From positions 1,280,001 to 1,344,000 of the forward strand of contig CAWDFP010000006.1 of the NCBI GenBank assembly GCA_963801605.1: 64,000 nt of DNA. The letters are read 5' to 3'. A program made the translations under genes and the position numbers. This DNA comes from an uncultured candidate division Zixibacteria bacterium (lineage in GTDB: Bacteria > Zixibacteria > MSB-5A5 > UBA10806). Shown here piece by piece: positions 10,061 through 21,408 of the stretch; the stretch's first letter is position 1, and the number at the start of each line of letters is the position of its first letter. A model generated the notes under the pieces. That model did no database searches, had not been told where the DNA came from, and was given only the letters and a program-made list of their open reading frames with translations.

Positions 10061-11581
10061 TTACGTAAATATCTGAATTAGGAATACCTCGCCGTCGCGT
10101 TCGACCGTCAAAACCACTCGATAGCCCCGACCGATTTGCGATACAATATTGATATAATCGTTCAGGTTCGGGACCTCATAATTCCCGACTCGTCTGATAA
10201 TATCATTTTCCTGAAGGCCCCAATTGTATGCCTGGCTTTTGGGATCGCTTCCCAATACTATCACGCCGCTGCGGTCGCGCAGCCCCAAATAGCCGGCCAC
10301 GTTAGTCGTAATTTCAGCTACATCCAGGCCGTATTTGTCGGTTTTGTGGGGAGCTTTCCGAGTTGGTATCTCATCTGGTACAACCACTACCGATATCTCC
10401 TTATCACCGCGAATCAGTTTAACCGGCAGTGCTCGGCCCGCCCTGGAATAATTAACTACCTCATCCCAATCGCCGGTGGTGGTCATTTCGAGTTTGCCAA
10501 CCGATACCAGGATATCGCTCGTCTTAAGCCCGGCCCGCGAGGCCGGCGAGTTGGCATTAACCGATGAGACTATCAATCCCCTGGCTTGTTTCAGTTCCAG
10601 GCTATGGGCGAGCTCCGGAGTGATATTTTGAACGTTCAGCCCGATCCAGGCCTTAACAACTTCGCCATATTTCAGGATATCATCGATAACAACCTTGGCG
10701 CGATTTATCGGAATCGCGAAACCAATGCCCTCCGAACCGCGGCTTGATGAAAATATAAAGGTATTTATGCCGATCACTTCGCCCAGAGCGTTTACCAGCG
10801 GCCCGCCGGAATTACCGGGGTTTATTGCGGCGTCGGTCTGAATCATTTTACGATAAAATGCTTTCTGCCCTCGCTCCGGCTTGATATCGCGGTTGGTAGC
10901 GGAGATAACCCCTACTGTCACTGTGGGTCGAGGATCATCGAGCAGATAGCCAAAGGGGTTGCCGATCGCAATCGCCCATTCTCCGATGATTAAATCGTCG
11001 GAATTACCCAAAACTGCATTCTTATATTTCACGGTGTCGGCCATGATTTTTACGACAGCTAAATCGGTGACCGGATCTGCGCCGACTAATTTACCGGGAT
11101 ACTCATCGCCGTTTTCAAGAGTGACGCGAATCTCCTGAGCGCCGTCAACTACGTGATCATTAGTGAGCACATACCCTTTGTTATTTATTATCACCCCCGA
11201 ACCTAACGACATAACCTGCCTCTCTCTTGCTTGCGGGGGCAGAAATAGATCAAATAAATCATTGCCATAGGTCGGGGTATTGCGGGTCTGAATTACGGAA
11301 AGCGATACAACTGTCGGGCCTATCTTCTCAGCGGCCTGAACAATGGCATTGCGCCTCGATGTTTCGATATTTTCTACGGCGCTGTCCCGAATTCGACCCT
11401 GATCCGAGTTGCCGGGCACACTGGTATAATCGGCATTCCGAGTATCCGATGTTCTTGTGATGCTATTAGCCTGACGGTTTCCACCGATGGTGATATAACC
11501 CAGAATCGCCAGCATGAAAATTGCCCCCAGCAGGGCTCCGCCGATAATTGCAATTACAGTTGCTTTATTGTTTTGAGACAT
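10061..11581 (-). CDS. degP: DegP/HtrA serine protease with PDZ domains
   Basis: 'LGSGVII', 'LTNDHVV', 'IQTDAAINPGNSGGPL'. Confidence 0.92.
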   Translation of the reverse strand: MSQNNKATVIAIIGGALLGAIFMLAILGYITIGGNRQANSITRTSDTRNADYTSVPGNSDQGRIRDSAVENIETSRRNAIVQAAEKIGPTVVSLSVIQTRNTPTYGNDLFDLFLPPQARERQVMSLGSGVIINNKGYVLTNDHVVDGAQEIRVTLENGDEYPGKLVGADPVTDLAVVKIMADTVKYKNAVLGNSDDLIIGEWAIAIGNPFGYLLDDPRPTVTVGVISATNRDIKPERGQKAFYRKMIQTDAAINPGNSGGPLVNALGEVIGINTFIFSSSRGSEGIGFAIPINRAKVVIDDILKYGEVVKAWIGLNVQNITPELAHSLELKQARGLIVSSVNANSPASRAGLKTSDILVSVGKLEMTTTGDWDEVVNYSRAGRALPVKLIRGDKEISVVVVPDEIPTRKAPHKTDKYGLDVAEITTNVAGYLGLRDRSGVIVLGSDPKSQAYNWGLQENDIIRRVGNYEVPNLNDYINIVSQIGRGYRVVLTVERDGEVFLIQIFT

Positions 11582-11720
11582 ACCTCATTACCGGATAAAT
11601 TTTGAATTCCTGTCATTATACCCTGAACTGGCATTAAGGTTTCCTCTCTTTATTCGAGGATTACTCAATCCCATAAACTAATTCGATATGAAATACATCT
11701 CGGCCTCGGTTTGAGGCTGG

Positions 11721-12653
11721 TCACGGCGTTATGCAGCCGCAGTCTAAATCGGTGCAGCATTCGCATTCAAGCTGCAACGTGGCATGATGAATATTATAAT
11801 GCTCGCTGAGAAGTTCGCGGGCATTCTGCAGGATACGCTGCGAATCATGGGTCGATTGATTCGAAATATTAATATGAGCCGAAAGCGCTAGATTCGCCGA
11901 TGATATCGTCCAGACATGAAGGTCGTGAATCGATAAGACGCCCTCGATTTTTCCCAGATTTTTCTTGAGATCGTCGTAGCTTATCGATCTCGGTACGCCC
12001 TCCAAAAGGATATTGGCTCCTTCCCGAAGAACTCCGAACGCTCCCCAAAGGATTATTGCGCCTACAAAAAACGAAATTATCGGGTCCGCCATATAGTTGC
12101 CGGTAAATATCATAATTAAACCCCCGGCCACTACACCCACCGAACCTAACATATCGCCCACGACATGCAAAAAGGCCGCCCGTACATTGAGATTGTCCCC
12201 GGCGGCATCATGCAGCCTTTTCATAACGACCAGATTGGCTGCCAGGCCGATTACCGCCACAACCAGCATTAAGATAGAACGAACCGGTTCCGGATTAAGA
12301 AGCCTTTGATAAGCCTCGTAGAAAATATAACCCGCCAATGCAAATAGCGTCACCCCGTTTATTATAGCAGCCAGTACTTCCGCTCGATGATACCCATAAG
12401 TGCGTTTGGATGTAGGGGGGAGGCGTGATATTCTGGTCGCAAACAGGGATAGACCTAAAGCCAGAACGTCGCCAAAAAGATGTCCGGCGTCGGATTTTAA
12501 TGCCAGAGAGTTGGAGATAAATCCTCCCACTACCTCCAGCACAAATATTCCCACTGTAATTATCAGCGCCCACCAAAGCCGCTTTTCTATTTCTTGAGAA
12601 TGAGACCCGCTGTGATGGTTATGTTGATGGCCGTTATGATTATGCTCGTTCAT
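11721..12653 (-). CDS. Cation diffusion facilitator (CzcD-like Zn/Co/Cd exporter)
   Basis: His-rich N-terminus, 'SLAL.SDAGH', 'RAAFLHVVGD', 'HDLHVW'; start reassigned to ATG 12653. Confidence 0.9.
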   Translation of the reverse strand: MNEHNHNGHQHNHHSGSHSQEIEKRLWWALIITVGIFVLEVVGGFISNSLALKSDAGHLFGDVLALGLSLFATRISRLPPTSKRTYGYHRAEVLAAIINGVTLFALAGYIFYEAYQRLLNPEPVRSILMLVVAVIGLAANLVVMKRLHDAAGDNLNVRAAFLHVVGDMLGSVGVVAGGLIMIFTGNYMADPIISFFVGAIILWGAFGVLREGANILLEGVPRSISYDDLKKNLGKIEGVLSIHDLHVWTISSANLALSAHINISNQSTHDSQRILQNARELLSEHYNIHHATLQLECECCTDLDCGCITP

Positions 12654-13081
12654 TCTATCGAAACCAACTCCAATCCATTTCTTTTCAATAGGGCTGCCGT
12701 CACTCCGATTCCGCTCGTCAAATGCCCTCTTATATATATCATGTTTACCCCGCAAGACGGGCTTTTTTCCTTAAGGATTGCTTTTTTGATTCCCAAGGTT
12801 AGCGCCAGATTCAAGGCCGCCTTTGCGCCATTGAGGAAACTTGCGGTAATATCCGTTCCCTTATCATCTTTTACTTTCGAAAACTCGTCAAGAACATCAT
12901 TCCCATCGCCTTTTTCAATCTCGGCGCGTGAACGAGGGCATGGTAATCCTCCATCCATTTCAGGGCAGATGGAATAGGTCTCGAAGCCCTTTAATCGCTC
13001 TTCGTAGCTGCCATCCAGCAATCTGGCGTCATAACGGCAGCGTTCGCCCAAAAGACAGCGGGATACCAGAACCTTTTCCAT
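12650..13081 (-). CDS. DUF523 / thiouracil desulfidase-family Fe-S protein
   Basis: 'VSRCLLGERCRYD', 'ICPE..GGLPCPR', 'LKEKSPSCG', 'G.GVTAALL'. Confidence 0.85.
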   Translation of the reverse strand: MEKVLVSRCLLGERCRYDARLLDGSYEERLKGFETYSICPEMDGGLPCPRSRAEIEKGDGNDVLDEFSKVKDDKGTDITASFLNGAKAALNLALTLGIKKAILKEKSPSCGVNMIYIRGHLTSGIGVTAALLKRNGLELVSIE

Positions 13082-13255
13082 GATTATTAAATATAGGATG
13101 TCATAGTATAAAGGCAATAAAAAAGACCGGGCTAAGCGCCAGATGAGTCTATACAATAATTTGAATATATATAAATTAACCATGATTTAGACTATGCCAT
13201 CCCCGGCCATACTATTAGCTTGCGATAAGTCGCCGGCAACTATTATAATCGGTGT

Positions 13256-13348
13256 GGAAGAGGATGGGGTCTGGTGGCCCCCGCGGCCTTCAAAGCCGTA
13301 GGCGGTCGGTGTTCCCGGTCGCGGGAGGTTCGAGTCCTCCCCCTTCCG
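13256..13348 (+). tRNA. selC: tRNA-Sec (anticodon UCA), CCA not encoded
   Basis: GGAAG 5' end; 6-bp D stem GGGGTC/GGCCCC with 4-nt loop; anticodon loop CTTCAAA (TCA at 13290-13292); long variable arm; GGTTCGAGTCC T loop; discriminator G; upstream of selDAB. Confidence 0.95.
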
Positions 13349-13371
13349 CTTTTTTATCAGGCATACTTCAA

Positions 13372-15345
13372 ATGAATGAGCCGAAATTGACAACTCGCGA
13401 CGATTCAACCTGGTTTAATCTTATAATTCTTCTCCTGGCCTCCGTTTCAATTATGGCTTCGTTCAACCCTCAGTGGCATCTCTGGGGACTTGATTCCGCC
13501 AAAATATTCCCAATATGGATAAGGTTTGTTATCCTCGCGCTTTTGCTGGTATTTACGATACCTAAAATAAATCGTCCCGTTGGAGACGCCCTTTCCAATC
13601 TCCTCGAAGGATTAGATACAACCCGCTTGAGCTTAATCTATTCCATTCTCGCAATCGCCTTAGTTGTTCTTTTCGTGCTTTACTCCTCTAAAAATCATTT
13701 TATGGGTGATGGTTACGCTATTCTTGGATGCATTAAAGTCGGTATCAAATTTTTCCCGGCTGAGCCTCTTGATTACTATCTCCATCAGGGAATAGCCCGT
13801 ATCCTGGGAACAACTGAAAGAGCTTTTTACTGGTCTTACGCCGGATGGTCTTACCTGTGCGGCATATCCTTTCTGATCGCGCTCTATTATTTTATCGAGG
13901 ATAAAGCTAAGTTAATTTTATCATTGGCGGTCATTTCCTGTTTTGCGGTCCTGCAATTTTTCTTCGGATACGTTGAAAACTACACCTTTCGATTTATTTT
14001 TATGTTCTTCTATTCTCTTTCTGCCATTAAGGATTTGGGAAAAAACAAGATCTCGCCTCTTACAATTGTCTTGCTCGCCTTCGCGATTCCCTTTCATCTA
14101 AGCAGCGCCGTATTGGTGCCGTCGGCGGCCTATCTCGCTTTGGGAAAATACTCTGACCGCCAGAGATATTTATACCTGTCCATTGCAGCTATTGCCGGCT
14201 TGGTGCTCGGAGCTGTTTATCTGATGATTTTTAGCCACGTCAAGCTCCTTAGAATTATCGTACCAATCCTGCCGACATCGACCAACCCCTATACGCTATT
14301 CCTCGGCCAGCATTTTATCGATCTGGCAAACTGGTTTCTTCTGTCAAGCCCGCTTCTCTTATCTATATTTTTAATAAAAGGTTTAAGGGAAAAATTCTTT
14401 CATCCTTTCTATTTATTGCTAATCGGACCAGCCATTATATTTACGCTTCTTGTAGATCCTATTCTCGGCGCTTATCGTGATTGGGATCTGATGTCAATAG
14501 CCGCTGCCCCCCTTATGGCCTTTTTTATTGATACTTTGATTCTGAACAAAGCTCAGGAATCTATCCGCACTTATGCTATATTTCCCACTCTTCTCCTCTT
14601 TGGCCTGCTTCACACCGGTGGCTGGATTGCTCAGAACGCCTCATCTGACGCCTCCTACGCCAGCGTCAAATTAGCTCTTCGTCAGGATATCCACTATTCG
14701 AAAGCCTGCAGTCATGGTGACCGTAATAAATCCTGGGCATATCTGGTCGCTAAATATAAAAACGATACCAAAGAAGTCGTCTGGGCTGCATCCGAAAGAT
14801 ACGCCGGCGATCCGGATGATACCCTCAATACTTATCAGCTTGCGGGCGCTTATCTTCTCGATGGCGATACCGCTCAGGCCATCAATATTATTTCGGAAAA
14901 TAAAGTTCGTTTCAATGGCAATATTAGCGCCGTATCTTCAATGTCTTGGACTATGGCTATGGCCGGCCGTTACTCCGAAGCCGAACAGATGTGCCATAGT
15001 TATCTTTCATTAAAAGGGGGAGAGCCTCATATCTTTTTCGGCCTGGGAAATATCAAACAGCTCGAGGGTCAGACCGATTCCTCATTTTACTATTTCGATA
15101 AAGCTTATGAACTCGATTCCGATTCCACCCTTTCAAAACAATTCAAATTGTATCTCGATTCGTTTTTATTCGGTTACGACAAGCTGGCGCGCTCCGGGCT
15201 TGAAAGGATATTGCTCAAACTCGATCCCGGCCCCAAATCGCTGGCCATCGAAATATTAAGGGACCTCAACGAGCCTGATCCCGTCAAAGCCGATTCGCTT
15301 AAAACGGCTACCAGAACCTATCTGAAACAACAGGGCTTTTACTGA
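13372..15345 (+). CDS. Polytopic membrane protein (GT-C-like topology) with C-terminal TPR-like region
   Basis: Many TM helices, 'GDGY', 'FFGYVENY', 'RDWDL' motifs, helical repeats at C-terminus; the ORF-track start overlaps the tRNA, so ATG 13372 is used. Confidence 0.65.
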   Translation: MNEPKLTTRDDSTWFNLIILLLASVSIMASFNPQWHLWGLDSAKIFPIWIRFVILALLLVFTIPKINRPVGDALSNLLEGLDTTRLSLIYSILAIALVVLFVLYSSKNHFMGDGYAILGCIKVGIKFFPAEPLDYYLHQGIARILGTTERAFYWSYAGWSYLCGISFLIALYYFIEDKAKLILSLAVISCFAVLQFFFGYVENYTFRFIFMFFYSLSAIKDLGKNKISPLTIVLLAFAIPFHLSSAVLVPSAAYLALGKYSDRQRYLYLSIAAIAGLVLGAVYLMIFSHVKLLRIIVPILPTSTNPYTLFLGQHFIDLANWFLLSSPLLLSIFLIKGLREKFFHPFYLLLIGPAIIFTLLVDPILGAYRDWDLMSIAAAPLMAFFIDTLILNKAQESIRTYAIFPTLLLFGLLHTGGWIAQNASSDASYASVKLALRQDIHYSKACSHGDRNKSWAYLVAKYKNDTKEVVWAASERYAGDPDDTLNTYQLAGAYLLDGDTAQAINIISENKVRFNGNISAVSSMSWTMAMAGRYSEAEQMCHSYLSLKGGEPHIFFGLGNIKQLEGQTDSSFYYFDKAYELDSDSTLSKQFKLYLDSFLFGYDKLARSGLERILLKLDPGPKSLAIEILRDLNEPDPVKADSLKTATRTYLKQQGFY

Positions 15346-15419
15346 TCCACTTTCAATTCGCTTGAAATGCATGATGAAAAAGCGTTATATTCGCCCTAAG
15401 CTCTAAGTTGAAGGGTTTT

Positions 15420-16475
15420 ATGGATAAGAAAGAAGAGATATTCAGGCTGACTCAATATGTCGCCTGCGCGGGGTGAGCGTCAAAATTGGCGCGAAGCGAC
15501 CTCGCCCAGGTGCTGGGCGACCTGAAATTACGTGGAAATAAAAATGTGATCGTTGGCCCGGAGCTTTTTGATGATGCCGGCGTCGTCAGGCTTTCCGATG
15601 AGCTTGCCATTGTCACCACCGTGGATTATTTCACACCGGTAGTTGATGATGCTTTCGATTTTGGCGCCATCTCGGCCGCCAATTCGCTCTCCGATCTCTA
15701 CGCTATGGGCGGCTGGCCGATCTCGGCCTTAAATATTGTCGGCTTTCCGAATAATACGTTGCCCCTTTCGGTTCTGAGGGACATTATCAGAGGGGGGCTT
15801 GATGTGGCCACTGAGGCAGGGATACCGATAGTAGGCGGCCATACGGTCAAATCGCCTGAACCGTTCTACGGTCTTTCGGTCACCGGCGGTGTTCATCCTG
15901 ATAAGATTCTCACCAACGCTACCGCCCGACCCGGCGACTATCTCTACCTCACTAAGCCTATTGGAACCGGTCTTGTTACTACGGCCCAAAAGAACGGCAA
16001 GTGCAAACCGGCGTGGCTTAAAGCGGCCGTTGCGGAGATGAAAACGCTTAATAATGCGGCGTCGGAAGCTGTCTTGAAGGTTGGCAATTGCGCTGTTACC
16101 GACGTAACCGGCTATGGTCTTTTGGGACATCTTTGCCAGATGATGGCCGCCTCTGGAGTTTCGGCATTGCTCGATTATAGCAAAGTACCGCTTTTGCCCG
16201 GAGCGCTGGAATTAGCCAGGGAAGATGAATTCCCCGGCGGTAGCCGTTCTAATCTGTTAAGTTGCGAACCAGATATGGAATGGTCCGGCCATTTCGAAAA
16301 ATATGAGAAATTGATACTTGCTGATGCTCAAACATCGGGCGGCCTGCTTATTTCAGTCAAAGCCTCATTAGCAGCCAAACTCGAATCGGAGCTCAAAAAA
16401 AGGCAAGTTAAGCACGTTCGTATCGGAGAAATCCAGGACAAAGCAAAATGGCTGATAAAAGTCGTAAAAGGGTAA
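15420..16475 (+). CDS. selD: Selenophosphate synthetase, selenocysteine-containing
   Basis: ATG 15420 reads MDKKEEIFRLTQYVACAG-TGA(15474-15476)-ASKL in frame into the 15486 ORF with 'DDAGV', 'DYFTPVVDD', 'TDVTGYGLLGH', 'QTSGGLL'. Confidence 0.95.
15502..15520 (+). promoter_or_regulatory. Candidate SECIS hairpin of selD
   Basis: TCGCCCAG-GTG-CTGGGCGA stem-loop 25 nt downstream of the in-frame UGA. Confidence 0.5.
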
Positions 16476-17845
16476 AGTCCAAAGCATCTCCAATAGCGTC
16501 AAACAAGAATCTGCGCAATTTCCCGAGCGTCTCCTCGATTCTTGAAGATAGCGCGGTTAAATCCTTGATCGAAAATTGGTCATTTCCATTCGTGTCTTCA
16601 GAATTAAAAAAGTTATCTTCGGAACTTAAAAAAAGATCCATTTCCGACGGCGCCATTCCCACTTCAGCCGATTTCGTGGCCGAGCTTCAGGATATATTTA
16701 AATGTTATGCGCGCGAGCTTATTCAACCCGTTATCAATGGCACCGGAGTTATCCTGCATACCAATCTGGGCCGCGCTCCGATCTCTTCAGACGCCTACGA
16801 GGAGCTAATCGACGCCGTTACCGGTTACTCCAATTTGGAATTTGATCTCGACTCGGGAAAACGGTCTAAACGCGGCCGCATGCCAGGACGGCTTCTCGCG
16901 GCGTTATCCGGCGCCGAATCGGGTATGGCCGTTAATAATAATGCTGCCGCTGTTTTTCTCATTGTGGCAAATCTCGCCGGGTCGGGACGAGAAGTCATCA
17001 TATCGCGCGGGCAGTTGGTCCAAATCGGAGGCGGTTTCCGAATACCGGATATCATCGAACGTTCCGGCGCAATCCTGAAAGAGATCGGTACCACTAACAA
17101 AACATCTCTTTCCGATTATCAGCGCGCGATCAATAAAAATACCGGCCTGATTCTCATTGTGCATAAAAGCAATTTTGTTCAAAAAGGCTTTACCGAGGAA
17201 CCCGAACCTTCCCGCATCGTCGAAATTGCCAAATTGAAAAAGGTTCCCGTATGCTATGATCTTGGGTCGGGCTTGATAGATAAAAATGATTCATCGATAG
17301 AGTTTGCTGAGCCAACCGTATCATCAGCTTTTCATTCGGGCGCCGATCTGGTTTGTTTTTCGGGCGATAAGCTTCTGGGTGGACCGCAGGCCGGCTTGAT
17401 TATCGGACGGGAGAAACTCATCTCGGCCCTGCTGAAAGACCCGCTATATCGTACGTTCCGTCTCGATAAGCTTACCATCGGCCTTCTGGAGCGTGCTCTT
17501 CTCAGCCATTTGCGCGGCGATGCCTTGCCATGCTGGGAATTGGCAACTCGTCCTATCGATGAGCTAAAGCAGATTTCAAATGAGATAGTAACATCAGTCA
17601 ACAGCCCGGCGATCAGCGCCGTCGCCCTTAAAAGCTCTTTTGGAGGCGGTTCGCTTCCGGAATACGAATTTGAGAGTTACGGTCTTAAGATCACGGGCGA
17701 TCCGGTTGCCATATCTCAAAAGCTGTTAGAATATCATATTCCGGTGGTCTGCCGCACGACCTCCGATGGAATATTAATCGATATGCGCACCGTAATGCCG
17801 GAGCAGATAAATATTCTTTTTGACGCCATAAAATCATGTTTGTAG
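16448..17845 (+). CDS. selA: L-seryl-tRNA(Sec) selenium transferase
   Basis: 'VINGTGVILHTNLGRAP', 'IGGGFRIPD', 'FSGDKLLGGPQAG'. Confidence 0.96.
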   Translation: MADKSRKRVKSKASPIASNKNLRNFPSVSSILEDSAVKSLIENWSFPFVSSELKKLSSELKKRSISDGAIPTSADFVAELQDIFKCYARELIQPVINGTGVILHTNLGRAPISSDAYEELIDAVTGYSNLEFDLDSGKRSKRGRMPGRLLAALSGAESGMAVNNNAAAVFLIVANLAGSGREVIISRGQLVQIGGGFRIPDIIERSGAILKEIGTTNKTSLSDYQRAINKNTGLILIVHKSNFVQKGFTEEPEPSRIVEIAKLKKVPVCYDLGSGLIDKNDSSIEFAEPTVSSAFHSGADLVCFSGDKLLGGPQAGLIIGREKLISALLKDPLYRTFRLDKLTIGLLERALLSHLRGDALPCWELATRPIDELKQISNEIVTSVNSPAISAVALKSSFGGGSLPEYEFESYGLKITGDPVAISQKLLEYHIPVVCRTTSDGILIDMRTVMPEQINILFDAIKSCL

Positions 17846-19702
17846 TTGGAACCGCCGGACATATAGATCACGGTAAATCGTCGCTGGTTCTTAAAATGAC
17901 CGGCATCGATCCCGACCGTTTGCCCGAGGAAAAAGAACGCGGCATGACGATTGACCTCGGCTTTGCCTGGGCGGAATTACCGTCAGGGCGCCAGATCGGT
18001 ATCGTTGATGTGCCCGGGCATGAACGCTTTGTAAAAAACATGGTTGCGGGCGTGGGAGGAATTGACGCCGTCATTTTTGTCATCGCCGCTGACGACGGCT
18101 GGATGCCGCAATCCGAAGAGCATTTCCAGATCATAAATCTGTTGGGCATCAAAACCGGTTTGGTCGCTTTAACAAAAAAAGATTTGGTCGATGAGGAGTT
18201 TATCGATCTCCAGATCGAGGCCATCCGCACCCGGCTTCAGGGAAGCTTTTTAGAGAATTGCCCGATTGTACCCGTATCCAATACCACCGGCGACGGAGTC
18301 CGACAGGTGCTCGAATCTCTGGATAAGGTTTTATCGGATCAAATGCAGCGTCCTGATATTGGCGCGGCCCGCCTCTTCATCGACCGCCGTTTCACCATAC
18401 AGGGGATGGGCACCGTGGTTACCGGCACTCTTCTTGGAAGGGAAATTTACGGTCGACCAGCAGGTCGAAATCCAGCCATCGGGAGCCAAAAGCCGTATCA
18501 GAAATTTGCAGACTCATAAACACAAACTGAACGAGGCCACCCCCGGCAGCCGCGTTGCCATTAATTTGGCCGGCATTGAAAAAAGCGCTATCGACAGGGG
18601 AGAGGCAGTCTGTTTGCCAGGCACCATCGTTCCCACGCAAAGGATCGCCGCCGAGCTTTCGCTTCTTGAAAGCGCCAAACTCGCTCTTAAAAACGGCTTT
18701 GAGGTGTCATTCCTTCTGGGCACTGCCGACGTTTTAGGACGAATATATTTTATCGATACCGAGACCATCAAACCGGGCCAAACAGGATTTGTGAAAATAA
18801 AACTCAACGATCCCGTTGCAGCCAAACTTGGAGATCGATTTATCATCCGCCGTATTAGCCCTCAGGATACCATTGGCGGCGGAGTCGTCCTCGATACCGA
18901 TTTCTTGCCGAGTGTCAAGGACAAAGCCCTGCAAAAACAAATCCTTGAAAAAAGGAATAACCTGAGCGCGGAAAACATCATCCTGACAGAATTTGATAAG
19001 GCCATCAGGGTGCCGCTTAATAAAATCTATCAGAACATTCCCTTTACCCGTCAATCAATGGAAGTCGCCGTCAAAACCCTTATGGATCGAAAAGAACTGG
19101 TCATATTCGGCGAAAGCATTCTCTCCCGAAAAGCGCTCGATAAATTCCTCGGGCCTGCTATGGCCATCATCGAGGCCGACCATCAGCTTCGACCCTGGTC
19201 CGATGGTTTAGAACCCGGTATAATCGCCAAGAAACTCAAACTAACTCCCGAGCAGCTTCCGGCAGTTGTAGACTATCTGGTGTTAACCGGCAAAATTACT
19301 CATGACAAAGGCTTTCTCAAGCTTGCGGGCCACGAGGCACAACTAAATCCCGATCAGCTTCGTTTGCAGGGACGGCTGAACGCCCGCTTGTCGGCCAGCC
19401 CCCTATCCGCTCCCACCCGAAAAGATTTTATCGATGAGGACCCTAAGTATGAGGTCGTCATCAATTTTTTGCGCGATAAGGGAGATATCATTGAGCTTAA
19501 GGGAGGAATACTATTTACTCGGCGTGATTTCGATCAGATAATCCGAAGCCTGAGCGATTATCTTAAGAGCGCCGGTAAGGCCACCGCCTCCGATCTAAAA
19601 ACGCATCTTAAATCCAGCCGCAAATATGTAATCCCGATCCTGGAAAAACTCGATCAGATGGGCATTACTGTCCGTGAAGGCGATTACCGCAGGCTCGCCT
19701 GA
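17836..19702 (+). CDS. selB: Selenocysteine-specific elongation factor (one-base frameshift near 18436, probably sequencing error)
   Basis: 'GTAGHIDHGKS', 'DVPGHERFVKNM' in the first frame; continues in the 18266 frame to winged-helix 'SRKYVIPILE.LD'. Confidence 0.92.
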
Positions 19703-19716
19703 CTTTAGCCTCAAAA

Positions 19717-21321
19717 GTGAGTATAACCATGGATAATAATAAAATCTTCATCAATGGCCGATTCCATACCTGCGATTTCGCAACCGACGGTACCCAGGCA
19801 ATTGCCGTCGAAAACGGAATTATCACTCAGGCAGGCGATAACACCACCATCAAGCCTCTGGCTCAACGGGGATTTGATGTTATCGATCTCAAAAATAAGC
19901 GTGTTTTACCGGGGCTTATCGATGCCCATCTTCATTTCCTGAGTCTGGGGCAAAGTTTCAATCGCGTTAATCTCGATGGTGTTGACTCACTCGATAAAGT
20001 AAAAAATAATCTGCGTAATGCCGTCGCTAATCTTTCGCCCGGTCAATGGCTTCTGGGACGGGGCTGGAATAAAAACCTCTGGGGTGATGCTTTCCCCGAT
20101 AAAAGCATTTTAGATAATATTACTAATCATCCGGTAGCCCTGAGAAGCAAAGATGGTCATCTCCTTTGGGTTAATTCCGCCGCCCTGGAATTCTTCGGAA
20201 TCGATAAAAATACTCCTGATCCTCCCGGCGGTGTTATTGATAAAGATCGCTCAAGGCGTCCCAACCGGCATCCTCAAAGAAAACGCCGCGGATAATGCTA
20301 GCGAACTAATTCCCAAACCTTCATATCAGGACAATCTCACATCGATCAAAGCCGCTCAAAATCATCTATTAAAACTTGGTATAACCGGTGTCGGTGATTG
20401 CGATGAGGAAGCCGACCTGTTCAAGGCTTATAACGAACTCGATCAGCAAGGCCAGCTCCATGCTTCGAGTCTTTAAGATGATTTCAAGAGATGGTTTTCG
20501 TAAGGCTATCGAATTAAAACTCAAGACCGGCGATCGGAAGCGAGCATTTTCGAACTGGATGCCTTAAGCTTTTTGCTGATGGCGCTCTTGGTTCCCAATC
20601 CGCATTAATGTTCGAACCATACGACCATTCCTCCGGAAACTACGGTGTTGAAACCCTTAATCAATCCGGTATTGAGGAGTATGTCCGCACTGCCCTTGAT
20701 GCCGAAATTTCCATTGCCATCCATGCCATCGGGGATAAAGCCAATTATCAGGCGCTAAGCGCCATCGGCAAATATCAACCGGACTATCAGAGGCAAAACC
20801 TCAAACCGCGCATCGAACACGCTCAATTGTTGCGGAAATCTGATATCGATCTATTCAAGGTATACAATATTATCGCATCGGTGCAGCCGATTCACGCCAC
20901 CTCCGACCGTGATACCGCCGACAGGTATTGGGGACAGCGTTCGCGCTACGCCTATCCGTTTAGAACGTTCCTTGAAACCGGTATAAGAATGGCATTTGGT
21001 TCTGACGCTCCTATCGAAACCGCTAACCCCCTGGCCGGAATTCACGCCGCGGTGACTCGTCAGCGCGCCAGTGAAAACCGTCCTGGATGGTATCCCGAAG
21101 AGACAATTACCGCGAATCAAGCCGTAGACGCTTATACCAGGGGATCGGCCTATGCGTCATGCTTTGATGATATCTGCGGAAGTATCTCAATTGGCAAACG
21201 CGCCGATTTGGTTGTCTTGTCCGATGATATCTTTGAGATCGAGCCATCCCAAATTGCGCAAACCGAAGTCCTGATGACCATTATCGACGGCAAAACTGCT
21301 TTTTCCCGGGATTCCTGGTAG
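19717..21321 (+). CDS. Amidohydrolase-3 (YtcJ-like), split by several frameshifts
   Basis: 'PGLIDAHLH', 'GHLLWVNSAAL', 'PTGILKENA', 'IHAIGDKAN', 'RIEHAQ', 'FGSDAP' spread over successive ORFs. Confidence 0.85.
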
Positions 21322-21408
21322 GTCAAATCTCTTCGGAGATTTGACATTCATCTTATCATTTCCGATAATACTTGACAACCGGTCCTATTCTGGGCTAAAT
21401 TATATGCA

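Noticed and set aside
13252..13371. N-terminal 40 aa of the 697-aa ORF and the antisense ORF 13187-13408
   Set aside because: Both overlap tRNA-Sec; the real start is more likely ATG 13372.
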